A stretch of DNA of 64,000 nt from Cyanophyceae cyanobacterium (GCA_050331735.1 JBHJGN010000011.1:64001-128000); one strand, 5' to 3'; numbered from the stretch's first letter, positions 39,104-48,803 are shown. Notes: generated from the sequence alone by a model not told the origin. Program-made: numbers and translations.

Positions 39104-40687
39104 ATGCAAACAGTGGATACCGCGACACAATCGCTGCGATTTCGCCAGCTTCAAAATCAGCTTCGGGAGCTTTGGCAGAGTGTCGATTTATTCGATCAGG
39201 ATGACTACGATATTTTAGTGGTGCCGTCCTTCAGCATCGATCAGCGAGAAGGACAAAAAATTGCTGGCTTTCTGCATTACGAGGAAAGGCTGCTGTTTTC
39301 TTTGATCCGCCTGCGCAATCCCCATACGCGCTTGATCTACGTCACCGCTCAGCCCCTATCCCCTTTGATCATCGACTACTATCTTCAGCTTCTACCAGGC
39401 ATTCCCTTTTCCCATGCTCGCGATCGCCTGCTGCTGCTCTCAACCGATGATGCTTCCCTGAAGCCTCTTACTCAGAAGATTCTCGAGCGACCGCGCCTGG
39501 TCGAGAGAATCCGCCGCGCCCTCAGGCCGGGTAAGTCCTATATGGTCTGCTACAATTCGACGCTGCTCGAACAAGAACTCTCGTTAGCCTTAGATATTCC
39601 CCTGCTCGCTCCCTGTCCCGACCTGCTGTACTGGGGCTCGAAAAGCGGTAGTCGCGATATTTTTGCCGAATGCCAGATTACTCATCCTGACGGGAGCCCG
39701 GAAGTGAATAGCGTTGACGAGCTCCTGGTTGCCGCTACCGAACTCTGGGAGCGTCAGCCGCAGCTTCAGCGCCTGGTGATTAAGCTCAATGAAAGCTTCT
39801 CTGGCGAAGGCAACGCGATCCTCGATCTGCGTCCCCTACAGCACCTAGCGCCTCCTCAAGCCTCTTCCTGTGACCGAAAGGTGGGGATTGCTCAACGCCT
39901 CGATCACCTCAGTTTTCAATCCAGTTATGAAACCTGGGCTAACTATTCGAGCCGCATTCCCGAACTGGGAGCCATTGTCGAAGCCTTCGTGGAAGGAGAG
40001 AAGCGATCGCCGAGCGTTCAGGGCTATATTTCCCCCACTGGCACAGTTCATATTCTCTCGACCCACGATCAGATTTTGGGCGGTCCCGACGGACAGATCT
40101 TTCTCGGCTGTCGGTTTCCGGCAGATGATGCCTATCGGCTGCGTCTCCAAGAGTTAGGGATTCAAGTGGGCGAGGCGCTGGCGGCCAAGGGAGCTGTCGA
40201 GCGCTACGGCGTTGATTTCGTGGCGGTGCGCTCCCCCCACAGAACCGGGGAAACCTGGTCACTCCACGCTATCGAAATTAATTTGCGTAAAGGAGGAACC
40301 ACGCACCCCTTCATGACCCTCAAGTTACTCACCAACGGAGAGTACGACTATAGTTCCGGCCTCTTCTATGGACAGCAGGGCCAGCCCAAATACTACATCG
40401 CCTCCGACAATTTGCAAAAACCCCAGTATCAAGGGTTGCTCCCGCGCGATTTGATGGACGTCATCACCAACCACCGCCTGCACTTCGACAGCAGCACCAA
40501 AACCGGAACTGTCTTTCACCTCATGGGAGCGCTATCAGAGTTTGGGAAAGTGGGTCTCACCAGCATCGGCAACTCCTGGGCAGAGGCCGAAGCCCTCTAC
40601 AGTCAGGTAGAACAGGTTTTAGACTCTGAAACAGCACCGAAAGCCGCTTCTCACTCGTTTTCAAGTCTGCCGATTACTTGGTTTTGA
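39104..40687 (+). CDS. PGM1-related ATP-grasp peptide ligase family protein
   Basis: YEERLLFSL, WGSKSGSR, VIKLNESFSGEGNA, SPSVQ, STHDQILGG, GVDFV, IEINLRKGGTTHP. Alternative GTG start at 39089. Confidence 0.85.
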   Translation: MQTVDTATQSLRFRQLQNQLRELWQSVDLFDQDDYDILVVPSFSIDQREGQKIAGFLHYEERLLFSLIRLRNPHTRLIYVTAQPLSPLIIDYYLQLLPGIPFSHARDRLLLLSTDDASLKPLTQKILERPRLVERIRRALRPGKSYMVCYNSTLLEQELSLALDIPLLAPCPDLLYWGSKSGSRDIFAECQITHPDGSPEVNSVDELLVAATELWERQPQLQRLVIKLNESFSGEGNAILDLRPLQHLAPPQASSCDRKVGIAQRLDHLSFQSSYETWANYSSRIPELGAIVEAFVEGEKRSPSVQGYISPTGTVHILSTHDQILGGPDGQIFLGCRFPADDAYRLRLQELGIQVGEALAAKGAVERYGVDFVAVRSPHRTGETWSLHAIEINLRKGGTTHPFMTLKLLTNGEYDYSSGLFYGQQGQPKYYIASDNLQKPQYQGLLPRDLMDVITNHRLHFDSSTKTGTVFHLMGALSEFGKVGLTSIGNSWAEAEALYSQVEQVLDSETAPKAASHSFSSLPITWF

Positions 40688-40689
40688 AT

Positions 40690-40845
40690 GTCGCGGCGCG
40701 ACGGGAAACGGGAAAGGGGAAAGGGGGATTACTCAGCCTATTCCTTCGTTCTGTGTTCTTTGCCCCAGTCGCGGAGCGACTTCCCTTTTCCCCGCGCCGA
40801 TGGCGCTTCCCCTTTTCCCGCAGCTTCGCTGCTTTTCCCCGCAAG
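40690..40845 (+). repeat. Dispersed repeat family 1, diverged copy D
   Basis: Purine arm, diverged core (...TTCCTTCGTTCTGTGTTCTTTGCCCC) and a pyrimidine arm with four mini-hairpins; lies between convergent genes. Confidence 0.8.
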
Positions 40846-40871
40846 GAAAAAGTCACACTCGCTTGGATAGG

Positions 40872-43511
40872 CTAGAGCCAGTTGCCGACCAGAATATAAG
40901 GCGACCAAAATGACGGCACCTGCCAGTCTTGTTCTCGATTTTGCCACAGCTTTAGCTGAGCCTGCCGCAGCGCCTCAGCTTTCGGTAAATTGTCCTTGAG
41001 CTCTCGATAAAATTGACCCATGAGCTGCGCTGTTGATTCATCGCTCACTTGCCATAAGGTGGCGAGGGTACTGCTGGTTCCTCCGCGAACCGCAACGCCA
41101 GCTAGTCCGAGAGCCGCTCGCTTGTCTCCGGCGGCTGTTTCACACGCACTTAATACCAGCAATTCAATGCGTCTGTCCGCTCGTTTTCCCTGAAGGACAC
41201 TGTTGAGTTCACTGACGTTAAGAACCTGATTCCAGAGCAAAATAAAGGTATTTTCCGGATCAGAACTAAACTGACCGTGAGTCGCAATATGCACAACCGC
41301 AAAGGGGTTATTGGTTAGCTGTGTCTGGAGGTTATCTTTGGTTAGCCGAGCATTGAGGAGAGACTCGCTGGGCACGACAGACTGAATCGCTAGCCATTCT
41401 GTCTCAACGTTGGGCAGTGCGGTAAACTCTTGTCCGCTAATCTGGAGTCTTTCACTGACTCCCGCAATTAAAGTCGTGGTTTGCTGCGACAGCCGTTCCG
41501 GACCGAGAAGGCGTAAACCGGGCGTAATAGCGGTGGCATATTTCTGCACGAGATACTCCTCCCCATCGTAGAGTACCGCCATCGGAACATTTTGCAGGAG
41601 CGAATCGAGCACAAACACCAAGGTCTTCACGGAGTTGGCGCGAAGCTCGGCTTCAAAGGGGGTGAGCAGCCAACTGTAGAGCTGATGGGAGAGTCTCTGA
41701 ACATCTCTGAGACGGTCTGGTTCTTTCAGATATCGTCCGAGCTGAAACACCGTGGACTCTACCTCCGCTTGGGAAAGCCAGTTGGTGTGATGGTACAGGA
41801 TACCATCTGGGGTAGAGAGAATGACCTCGAGGCGTTCGGGCAGGATAATGGTGTAAACCACTGCCGCTTGGTTATCAACCTGTTCAATGTCTTCCTCTTG
41901 CAGCGTCGCGCAGGCATCTTGAAAGTAATTATCGAGTTCGGCAATTTGCAAGGCTTCGACTACCTGACGGGCTTCTTTAAGAGCAGACTGGTTGGCTTCT
42001 CCAGACGGGGGCTGAAGCAACAGCCCGGCTAGCTCGCGGTAGATTGGTTCAACTTGTTCTCGAAAAGAAAACTGTATCTCTTGATTTAGGGTAACCAGAT
42101 CGCTGCGTAACTGCTGGAGGTTGGTAAAGGCAGCTTCGTAAGCGGCGATCGCCTGTTCGCGGGCTTTGTCGGCATAGAGACGACCGAGATACCACTGCCA
42201 GCGATAGCTGATTTCGGGAGCATTTTCAGCATAAGCCAGGGAGAGAGCCTGCTGAAGGAGCTCCTGCGGAGCGCTCGTCAACGAAGTCTGATAGTCTACC
42301 TGGAGCTGACCTAAACTGCCGAGGGCATAGGATTGAGCGCGTCGATCTTCAAGGCTGACGGCATCTTGATGCGCCTTAAGCAACAGTTGAGCAATCTCCG
42401 ACCAGGAAGCGACTTCAGCGTGAGCTTGCAGACTGGCGAGGTTCTGAGCAAAGCTAATTTGAGCGTAAACGGTAGCGCGACTGGGAGGAAGAGATTGAAG
42501 CGCCGTTTGCAGCGGCAGCACTAGCTCCTCTGCCTCGGACCAGCGGTGGTTTTTGACCAATAGATTCAGCTCATTGAGCCGGGCGTGCAGGACCGTTAGG
42601 GATGGAGCGGTGGCAGCAGTGTCGCTAGCGGCGCGATAGAGTGCGAGAGCAGCTTGAGCGTAGTGCTGCGCCTCGACATCGTTCAAATCTTGCGCTCTAG
42701 TCGCCAAAGCCTGCTGCGTATTGCCCAAGCTGAGCAGCGCCCGACTATAGGCTTGGGGAGTCTGTTCCTGACGGGCTAACGTTAAACTATGCTTCAACAC
42801 CGCTTGCGACTCTTCTAGCCTCCCCATCAGCCGCAGCACGTTGCCTAAACTACGCAAGCTGTTAGCCTGAAGCGACCGAGGCTGCTGTTGCAAAGCCGTT
42901 AAGACCTCTGTCAGCGTTTGGGGGGTCAGCTCTTCGCATTTTTGCTGCCTGTCGATCGCCTGCAGAACGCGATCGCAGGAGCGACGATAAAATCCTAACG
43001 TTTCCAGCGCTTGGGCTTGGTTAATCTGGCTTCCCGTCATGCCCAGGCGATCGCCGGCTTGCCGATAAAAAGCTTCGGCTTCCTGCCAGCTAGCAAGAGC
43101 CGCTTCTGCTTGTCCGATGGCAATTTGTAAGCGTCCCTGATTGTTCAACACCTGAGCGCGAACGGGGACCGCGACGCTCGGGGTCTGCCGCTCTAGCAGC
43201 GCCAAACTTTCATCGAGAGCGTCCTGGGCCTGCTGCCACTGTCCCTGCTGTTGCTGAGCGAGCGATAGCAGGGACAGAATTTGGGCCTGCTTGAGTGGCT
43301 CGCCTACTGCTGCATAGGCACTCGCTGCCTGCTGCAGGGCTTCAGCAGAGGCCGAAAACTCTCCGCGAGCGTAGTATTGTTGAGCACGCTGTACTAAAGC
43401 CGCTCCTGCCTGTCTGTTGATGGGTTGCTCCGCTCTAACCGGAATAAGGGCATGAAGACTGAGGCTCAACAATAGCCCGACAATCGCCACAAAAATCAAT
43501 CGTCGCTTCAT
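40872..43511 (-). CDS. Secreted TPR-CHAT (caspase HetF-associated) domain protein
   Basis: Signal peptide MKRRLIFVAIVGLLLSLSLHALIPVRA, TPR-like repeats, HIATHG and LSACET dyad, TLWQVSD, WSPYILVGNWL. Confidence 0.92.
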   Translation of the reverse strand: MKRRLIFVAIVGLLLSLSLHALIPVRAEQPINRQAGAALVQRAQQYYARGEFSASAEALQQAASAYAAVGEPLKQAQILSLLSLAQQQQGQWQQAQDALDESLALLERQTPSVAVPVRAQVLNNQGRLQIAIGQAEAALASWQEAEAFYRQAGDRLGMTGSQINQAQALETLGFYRRSCDRVLQAIDRQQKCEELTPQTLTEVLTALQQQPRSLQANSLRSLGNVLRLMGRLEESQAVLKHSLTLARQEQTPQAYSRALLSLGNTQQALATRAQDLNDVEAQHYAQAALALYRAASDTAATAPSLTVLHARLNELNLLVKNHRWSEAEELVLPLQTALQSLPPSRATVYAQISFAQNLASLQAHAEVASWSEIAQLLLKAHQDAVSLEDRRAQSYALGSLGQLQVDYQTSLTSAPQELLQQALSLAYAENAPEISYRWQWYLGRLYADKAREQAIAAYEAAFTNLQQLRSDLVTLNQEIQFSFREQVEPIYRELAGLLLQPPSGEANQSALKEARQVVEALQIAELDNYFQDACATLQEEDIEQVDNQAAVVYTIILPERLEVILSTPDGILYHHTNWLSQAEVESTVFQLGRYLKEPDRLRDVQRLSHQLYSWLLTPFEAELRANSVKTLVFVLDSLLQNVPMAVLYDGEEYLVQKYATAITPGLRLLGPERLSQQTTTLIAGVSERLQISGQEFTALPNVETEWLAIQSVVPSESLLNARLTKDNLQTQLTNNPFAVVHIATHGQFSSDPENTFILLWNQVLNVSELNSVLQGKRADRRIELLVLSACETAAGDKRAALGLAGVAVRGGTSSTLATLWQVSDESTAQLMGQFYRELKDNLPKAEALRQAQLKLWQNREQDWQVPSFWSPYILVGNWL

Positions 43512-43691
43512 AAATTTGTGCCACCGTTTCTCTTTAGATGATAATGATATATGGGTTAATCCCGATGCAAAATTCAAAGTTCACACGGAGGCGGTATTGC
43601 TCAGTTCCCCGACTTTAAGAAAAAGGGGAAAAGCACTCATCGCTTTACTCCAAACTGGTCTAGCCAGCCAGCTTATTGTTAGCAGGATGCT

Positions 43692-43753
43692 TTTTTCCTC
43701 GGTTTCAAGTCCTAGAAGATTAGGGTTTCCCACTTTCAAAAACCGAGGAAAAA
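43692..43753. terminator. Inverted repeat, possible terminator or 3' stabiliser downstream of the pentapeptide gene
   Basis: TTTTTCCTCGGTTT (43692-43705) pairs with AAACCGAGGAAAAA (43740-43753) as a perfect 14-bp stem. Confidence 0.5.
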
Positions 43754-43827
43754 GGGAGGAATGAGCCAATTTGGTTTTCACCTTGTGCTTTTCCCCGATC
43801 CCGAGACTTTCCTCTCTCGTGGCAACC

Positions 43828-46365
43828 CTAGCGAGGAAGTTCTTCCTCTGGTGCTGGTGGCAGTCCCAGAGTTTGGCGAAACTCTTCATCGTACCGGACA
43901 TATTCCCAATGTTGAGCCAGTTTCACTTGTTCAGGGGTTAAGTTTCTCACTCCTCTAAAGATGGCTCTTTTGAGGGAGGCTCCTGCCAAGTTGGCTCCCT
44001 CTAAATTAGCTTCTCGAAGGTGAGCCCCTTCCAACACGGCTCCTTTGAGAATGGCTCCTTGAAGTTGGGCCTCCTTGAGAGTCGCGCCTTCTAAAATCGC
44101 GCCTTCTAAATTGGCGTTTCCTAAATCGGCCCCTTCGAGATGAACTCCCCACAGATTCGCTCCCAAAAGGTGGGCCTCTCTCAGGTTGGTTCCCTCAAGA
44201 ATTGCTCCTCTAAGGTGTGCTCCTCTAAGATCTGTGCCTCTGAGTTGAGCTTCTCTTAAATTGGCCTCTCGCAGGCTCGCTCCTTCCAAAATGGCTCCTT
44301 CAAGATGGGCTTGACTGAGATCGGCTCCTTCTAAATGCGCTCTTAGGAGATTGGCCCCCCAGAGAATTACTTTTCTTAGAGTGGCCCCTTCTAAAATAGC
44401 GGTGCTCAGGTCGGCTTTTTCTAGATTGGCCTCCCTCAGATCGGCTCCTTCAAGCGAGGCTGCTGCGAGAACAGCCTGACAAAAATTAGCAAACTGCAAA
44501 TTGGCTCCTTCTAAGCTAGCTCCTTCTAGAGAGGCTTGACTAAGATTAGCCGATTCAAGATCGGCTCCTTCTAGAGAAGCTTGACCGAGATTGGCTCCCT
44601 GAAAATTAGCCTCTCTGAGAACGGCAAGATTCAAGGAGGTCTGCTTCAGCTCAGCGCCTTCAAAAAAAGCATCGGTGCAATTGGCTTCCCGAAGATTCGC
44701 ATTATTTAGATTAGCGCCTGCGAAAGTTGCTCTTTCGAGATGGGCTCCCTGCAAACAAGCGCCTTCGAGGTGAGCGCCTTCGAGATGGGCTCCCTGCAAA
44801 CAAGCGCCTTCGAGGTGAGCGTCTTCGAGATGGGCTCCCTGCAAGTGAGCGTGTCTTAAATCTGCTTCGGTTAAAATGGCAGCATTTAGGTGAGCACCGC
44901 TCAGCATGGCGTTCGGCAGAGCTGCTTGGCTGAGGTTGCTTTCTTCTAGTTGAGCTTCTCTAAGATCGGCCCCTTCCAGGCGGGCCTGTTTTAAGTTAGC
45001 TCGCTGCAGACGGGCCTGCCAAAGATTGGCCTCACTCAGCCTAGCGGCAGCAAGATAGGCTCCCCCGAGATAGGCTCCAACTAAACTGGCTTTGTATAAG
45101 CAGGCTTGGGCTAAATTGACTTCTCCTAAATAAGCTTCCTCTAAACACGCGCCCGTTAGCTGAGCACTGCGAAAATCAACATTTTCCAGGCGAGCTTTCG
45201 TCAGATTGGCAGACTTTAAACACGCCTCTTTGAGGGTAGCTCCTTGAAGAATTGCTGACTCTAGATGAGCGCTTGCAAGCGTAGCGCGCTCCAGGTAGGC
45301 TTGGGTGAGATCGACCGCTTCTAAGTGAGCATAGTTAAGATTAGCACCGGCAAAATTGCTCCTGGCTAAATATGCTTGTCTGAGATCTGCGCCTTCCAAA
45401 TCTTGCCCGTCAAGATGAGCCGCTTCTAAATAAGCATTCTGAAAACTCGCCGTTTTGAGATCGGCCCCTTCTAGGTTGGCTCCTTTAAGAAAGGCTTCAC
45501 TTAAGTTGGCTCCGGCGAAAGAAGCCCCGGTCAAGTTGGCTCTTTCTAAATTTGTCCCTTTGAGGTTAGCTCCTGCTAAATTGGCCCCTCCCAAGAAAAC
45601 GTGACGCAAAAGGGCCGTGCTTAAGTTGGCTCCTTCTAAATGCGCTTCTCCAAGATCGGCCCCGTCAAAAATGGCGTTGCTTAAATCGGCTCCTTTCAGA
45701 GAAATTTGCTGAAGCGCTGCGTTTTGAAGATAACCAGCTCTAAGATCGGCTCCGTCAATGCAGGCACCGCTGAGATCGAGCTGTTTATCGTGAGGGTCTT
45801 TAACAATATCGCGTCTGCCAATGACCGTTATCGCTGCCTGAAGATCGAGGGGAATCCGACGGGGGGGAGCCTCAGCCGAGCGCTGTTGCACAAACGAAGT
45901 CAAGACTTCCATGATAATCCAGTGATTCTCGGATGAATCTTTGGCCAGTCGCTCTAGAGTATAGATGCCCCCGAGACGTACTTCTAGCTTGTCATCTCCC
46001 AGCAGCTTGATGGCTTCAGAAAAGCGCTCGGTAACGAGGCGCTGCTGCGCTAGCTGATTGTTCCGAAAAATGGTTATTCCCGCTAACAGAAAAGCACAGA
46101 GGCCGACGATGAGAACCGCAATGTTGATTAGCTCTAGCGCCAGGAACGGTCGCTCGGTTCGCTCGACCAGTTGCCAAAGCTTCACGCTAAAACTCCAAAA
46201 AAGCACCAGGACCGACAGGGTCACTACTCCTGCGATCGCCACAATTATCGGTTTTCGCTCTCGCGAAGAGCGTCCTCGTTGAGAACGAAGCCGACTCATC
46301 CATTGCTTCACTGTGCTTAAACGAGCCTGCCGAAGGGTGAGATTGAGCCTAAGTTTGGGGATCAT
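43828..46365 (-). CDS. Very long membrane-anchored pentapeptide-repeat protein
   Basis: Two TMs, an ERFSEAIKLLG...RLGGIYTLERLA domain, then ~600 aa of A(N/D/H)LxG pentapeptides ending VRNLTPEQVKLA. Confidence 0.93.
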   Translation of the reverse strand: MIPKLRLNLTLRQARLSTVKQWMSRLRSQRGRSSRERKPIIVAIAGVVTLSVLVLFWSFSVKLWQLVERTERPFLALELINIAVLIVGLCAFLLAGITIFRNNQLAQQRLVTERFSEAIKLLGDDKLEVRLGGIYTLERLAKDSSENHWIIMEVLTSFVQQRSAEAPPRRIPLDLQAAITVIGRRDIVKDPHDKQLDLSGACIDGADLRAGYLQNAALQQISLKGADLSNAIFDGADLGEAHLEGANLSTALLRHVFLGGANLAGANLKGTNLERANLTGASFAGANLSEAFLKGANLEGADLKTASFQNAYLEAAHLDGQDLEGADLRQAYLARSNFAGANLNYAHLEAVDLTQAYLERATLASAHLESAILQGATLKEACLKSANLTKARLENVDFRSAQLTGACLEEAYLGEVNLAQACLYKASLVGAYLGGAYLAAARLSEANLWQARLQRANLKQARLEGADLREAQLEESNLSQAALPNAMLSGAHLNAAILTEADLRHAHLQGAHLEDAHLEGACLQGAHLEGAHLEGACLQGAHLERATFAGANLNNANLREANCTDAFFEGAELKQTSLNLAVLREANFQGANLGQASLEGADLESANLSQASLEGASLEGANLQFANFCQAVLAAASLEGADLREANLEKADLSTAILEGATLRKVILWGANLLRAHLEGADLSQAHLEGAILEGASLREANLREAQLRGTDLRGAHLRGAILEGTNLREAHLLGANLWGVHLEGADLGNANLEGAILEGATLKEAQLQGAILKGAVLEGAHLREANLEGANLAGASLKRAIFRGVRNLTPEQVKLAQHWEYVRYDEEFRQTLGLPPAPEEELPR
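44734..44844. repeat. 45-bp in-frame tandem repeat (~2.5 copies) inside the pentapeptide gene
   Basis: TTCGAGATGGGCTCCCTGCAAACAAGCGCCTTCGAGGTGAGCG(C/T)C starts at 44734 and 44779, with a partial copy at 44824. Confidence 0.9.
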
Positions 46366-46438
46366 GGATGTTCTCGCTATAGTCGGAGGATAGATAACGC
46401 GATCGCCTGCTTTTGTTAACACTGTGCTAGCACCATCA

Positions 46439-47605
46439 TCAGAGCTGGCGAGAGCTAACCCGAGAGGCGAGGGCGCTAATTTTGGCTTTCAAGTCGCTCG
46501 TCGCCGCCACCTGTTGAGCTTGAGCGAGTAAGTGGCTGGCTGTGCGTACATCGCCTTGCGCCTGCCGCAGCAGTGCTTTGCCCAACAGCGCTTTCACATT
46601 ATGTTCTTGCTGGGCTAAGATACGGTTGTATACCGATTCTGCCTGTTGTGGTTGCCCGCGATGTTCGTAACAACGGGCCAGATCTAACTGAAGCTGAAGA
46701 TTCTCTGGCTCCTCCACAACCAGTTTTTCCAGGGCTGGCAGCGCCTGGAGGCTGATATTGGTCGTCGCCAAAATCGTTAGATAGCCTTGCACCACCGCAG
46801 GCATATACTGGTCCGTCTCCCAAAGTTTGTTGCCCGCCGCTAAACTCTGTCTGAGTCGCGCTCCTAGTTCTCGGTAGTCGGAGTGATTCAGTTCAGACAG
46901 CAGCCAAATTAAAGCCCCTGCCGTGCTTGGTTGCAGAGCAAAAGTGTCGTTCTCAATGATTGGAATCGCTGAAAAAAACGTTTTGTAGGTAACCTTAGCT
47001 GCTGTCAAACGCTCGTAGAGCGGCTGAAGCTTGGGCTCTAAGGCCCTGAGGTCAGCCGGATCGATCCGGTCCATCTGAGTCAGAATGACCGCCATTGGGT
47101 AGCAATCGCTGTGTCGCGCCACCAGAGCGATCGCCTGAAGCTGCTGCAAATCCTCGTCCTTGACATACCCCGGCTGGTGAAGCAGAGCCTCGGCGTTCAT
47201 GAAGATGCAGCAGCCATGAGACCGCAGCACGAGCGCCTGAAAGTTCGGATGGGTTAGGCAACAGTCTTTGCCGGGAACGTCCCACCAGCGCAAATAATTT
47301 CTGGTGATCGGGACTGAAGCCTCGAGGCGAAACAGAAATTCTTGGGTTTCGGCTGGGGTCGGCGGATACTGACCCGTGCGCACAACCGCGTCCAACATCT
47401 TGGCTAAGGTTGCCGACGCTGGCTCCTCGTCATCCAATTCTAATCGTAAGCCATAAGTGGGATGAGCGCCGATTTCGCCCCCACCTCCGACGGCGTCCCC
47501 ACGCAAGCTCAGCTCAGTATAGCTCCCAGCTATAAAAACGGTTTTCCCCGCTTTTTGTGGTCCAATACTGAAGAGGTTGACCGTTTCTCTCTGAGCTTGC
47601 ATCAT
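46439..47605 (-). CDS. TRAFAC-type GTPase domain protein with C-terminal TPRs
   Basis: G1 GPQKAGKT, G2 YPPT, G3 WDVPG, G4-like ILTQMD, G5-like FSA; TPR-like C-terminus (LDLARCYEHRGQPQQA...ALLGKALL). Confidence 0.75.
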   Translation of the reverse strand: MMQAQRETVNLFSIGPQKAGKTVFIAGSYTELSLRGDAVGGGGEIGAHPTYGLRLELDDEEPASATLAKMLDAVVRTGQYPPTPAETQEFLFRLEASVPITRNYLRWWDVPGKDCCLTHPNFQALVLRSHGCCIFMNAEALLHQPGYVKDEDLQQLQAIALVARHSDCYPMAVILTQMDRIDPADLRALEPKLQPLYERLTAAKVTYKTFFSAIPIIENDTFALQPSTAGALIWLLSELNHSDYRELGARLRQSLAAGNKLWETDQYMPAVVQGYLTILATTNISLQALPALEKLVVEEPENLQLQLDLARCYEHRGQPQQAESVYNRILAQQEHNVKALLGKALLRQAQGDVRTASHLLAQAQQVAATSDLKAKISALASRVSSRQL

Positions 47606-47774
47606 TTTAACAGTGCTATCCGGTGCCAAACTAGAAAACCACTAAACTTAAATCTTCCTGACCATACTGGAGAAAGCACAGTTTAAGCAATACCTTCATT
47701 AAATATATTGAAGCGATTAAAGCCGATTCTTTGATAAAAAAATACAGATTATTCGACTACTGGTCACTGACCCC

Positions 47775-48803
47775 TCACCCGATATCTGCATTCAGTAGGT
47801 GGCTCAACTGCATCTGATTCAGCGCCCAGTGGGCGGTACTTTGTACTTCTGCATCGGGATCGTTGAGAGTGAGAGACAGTAAATGGTTGACCTGAGACAT
47901 CAGTTCATAAACCTGAGTCAATTCTCGAATGGCGTTCTGGCGTACTTGAGGACTCTCATCTTCTAAGGAAACGGTTACGGCTTGGTTCATGGGTTGCAGA
48001 GTCCGGGCGCTAATGCGGGTGAGCGCTTCGAGAATCAGGCTGCGCTCCTGAGAATCTGAATGAATGAGACGCTTGACCAATGGCTCTACCGCCCGAGAAT
48101 CTCCTCGCTGCGTTAGTTCCCAAATCGCTCGTCGCCGTTTTTTAGAGTCTGCTTGCTCTAGTTCTTGAATCAGTTCATTGACTAAATCGGTTTCTGCCTG
48201 ATAGGGCGAAGTTGGAATTGACGGTGCCGAATCTGGCTGAGGAGCTGGTAGTGCAAATGAGGATGAAGTGCTGATGGGGATGGACTGGGGAAGCTCTGGC
48301 TCGGAGGTGCTAACGGATGGAGGGACGCTTGGTTCCGGTTCTTGGTCTGCGATGGTGAGTGGTTCAATCTCTTCTTCCAGGAATGGTTCTGGCGGCGTTC
48401 GACGCAGCAGCCAAACGAGGAGAATTGAGAAGCCTCCTCCAACAACAAGCGCTAAAAAAATCAGATTCCAGGGATTGGCTGTTTCTGTTTCTGCTTCAGC
48501 AAGCCGACTTCTTTCTAGGTAGCTTTCGACATTGTTGATTGCTTGCTGGGCGTAAAAATCATTGGGGCGCTCGGCAAGAGCCTGCTGGAAATACTGTAAA
48601 GCCGTTTGGTAATCTCTTTGCTCGGTAGCCTCATAGCCAGCCTGCATCAAGTGATCGTAGGTACTTGAGGCATCCGTTGCGTCTGTGGTTTGAGCGAGGA
48701 GGCTAGAACGAGGGGAGAAGCTTGGAGACGCCATCAGTAGAAAGAGGCAGCTTGAAAGACTGACAGCAAAGCAGGCCAGAAAAGGCAGATTGTGGCTCAT
48801 CAA
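47775..48803 (-). CDS. Membrane protein with TPR, Pro/Ser linker and C-terminal HEAT repeats
   Basis: N-terminal signal peptide, QRDYQTALQYFQQAL TPR, TM (WNLIFLALVVGGGFSILLVWL), RGDSRAVEPL / DESPQVRQNA / DPDAEVQ HEAT repeats. Confidence 0.82.
   Translation of the reverse strand: MMSHNLPFLACFAVSLSSCLFLLMASPSFSPRSSLLAQTTDATDASSTYDHLMQAGYEATEQRDYQTALQYFQQALAERPNDFYAQQAINNVESYLERSRLAEAETETANPWNLIFLALVVGGGFSILLVWLLRRTPPEPFLEEEIEPLTIADQEPEPSVPPSVSTSEPELPQSIPISTSSSFALPAPQPDSAPSIPTSPYQAETDLVNELIQELEQADSKKRRRAIWELTQRGDSRAVEPLVKRLIHSDSQERSLILEALTRISARTLQPMNQAVTVSLEDESPQVRQNAIRELTQVYELMSQVNHLLSLTLNDPDAEVQSTAHWALNQMQLSHLLNADIG

Noticed and set aside
43516..43958. Short ORFs between the CHAT and pentapeptide genes
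   Set aside because: They overlap real genes and a hairpin region and have no recognisable motifs.
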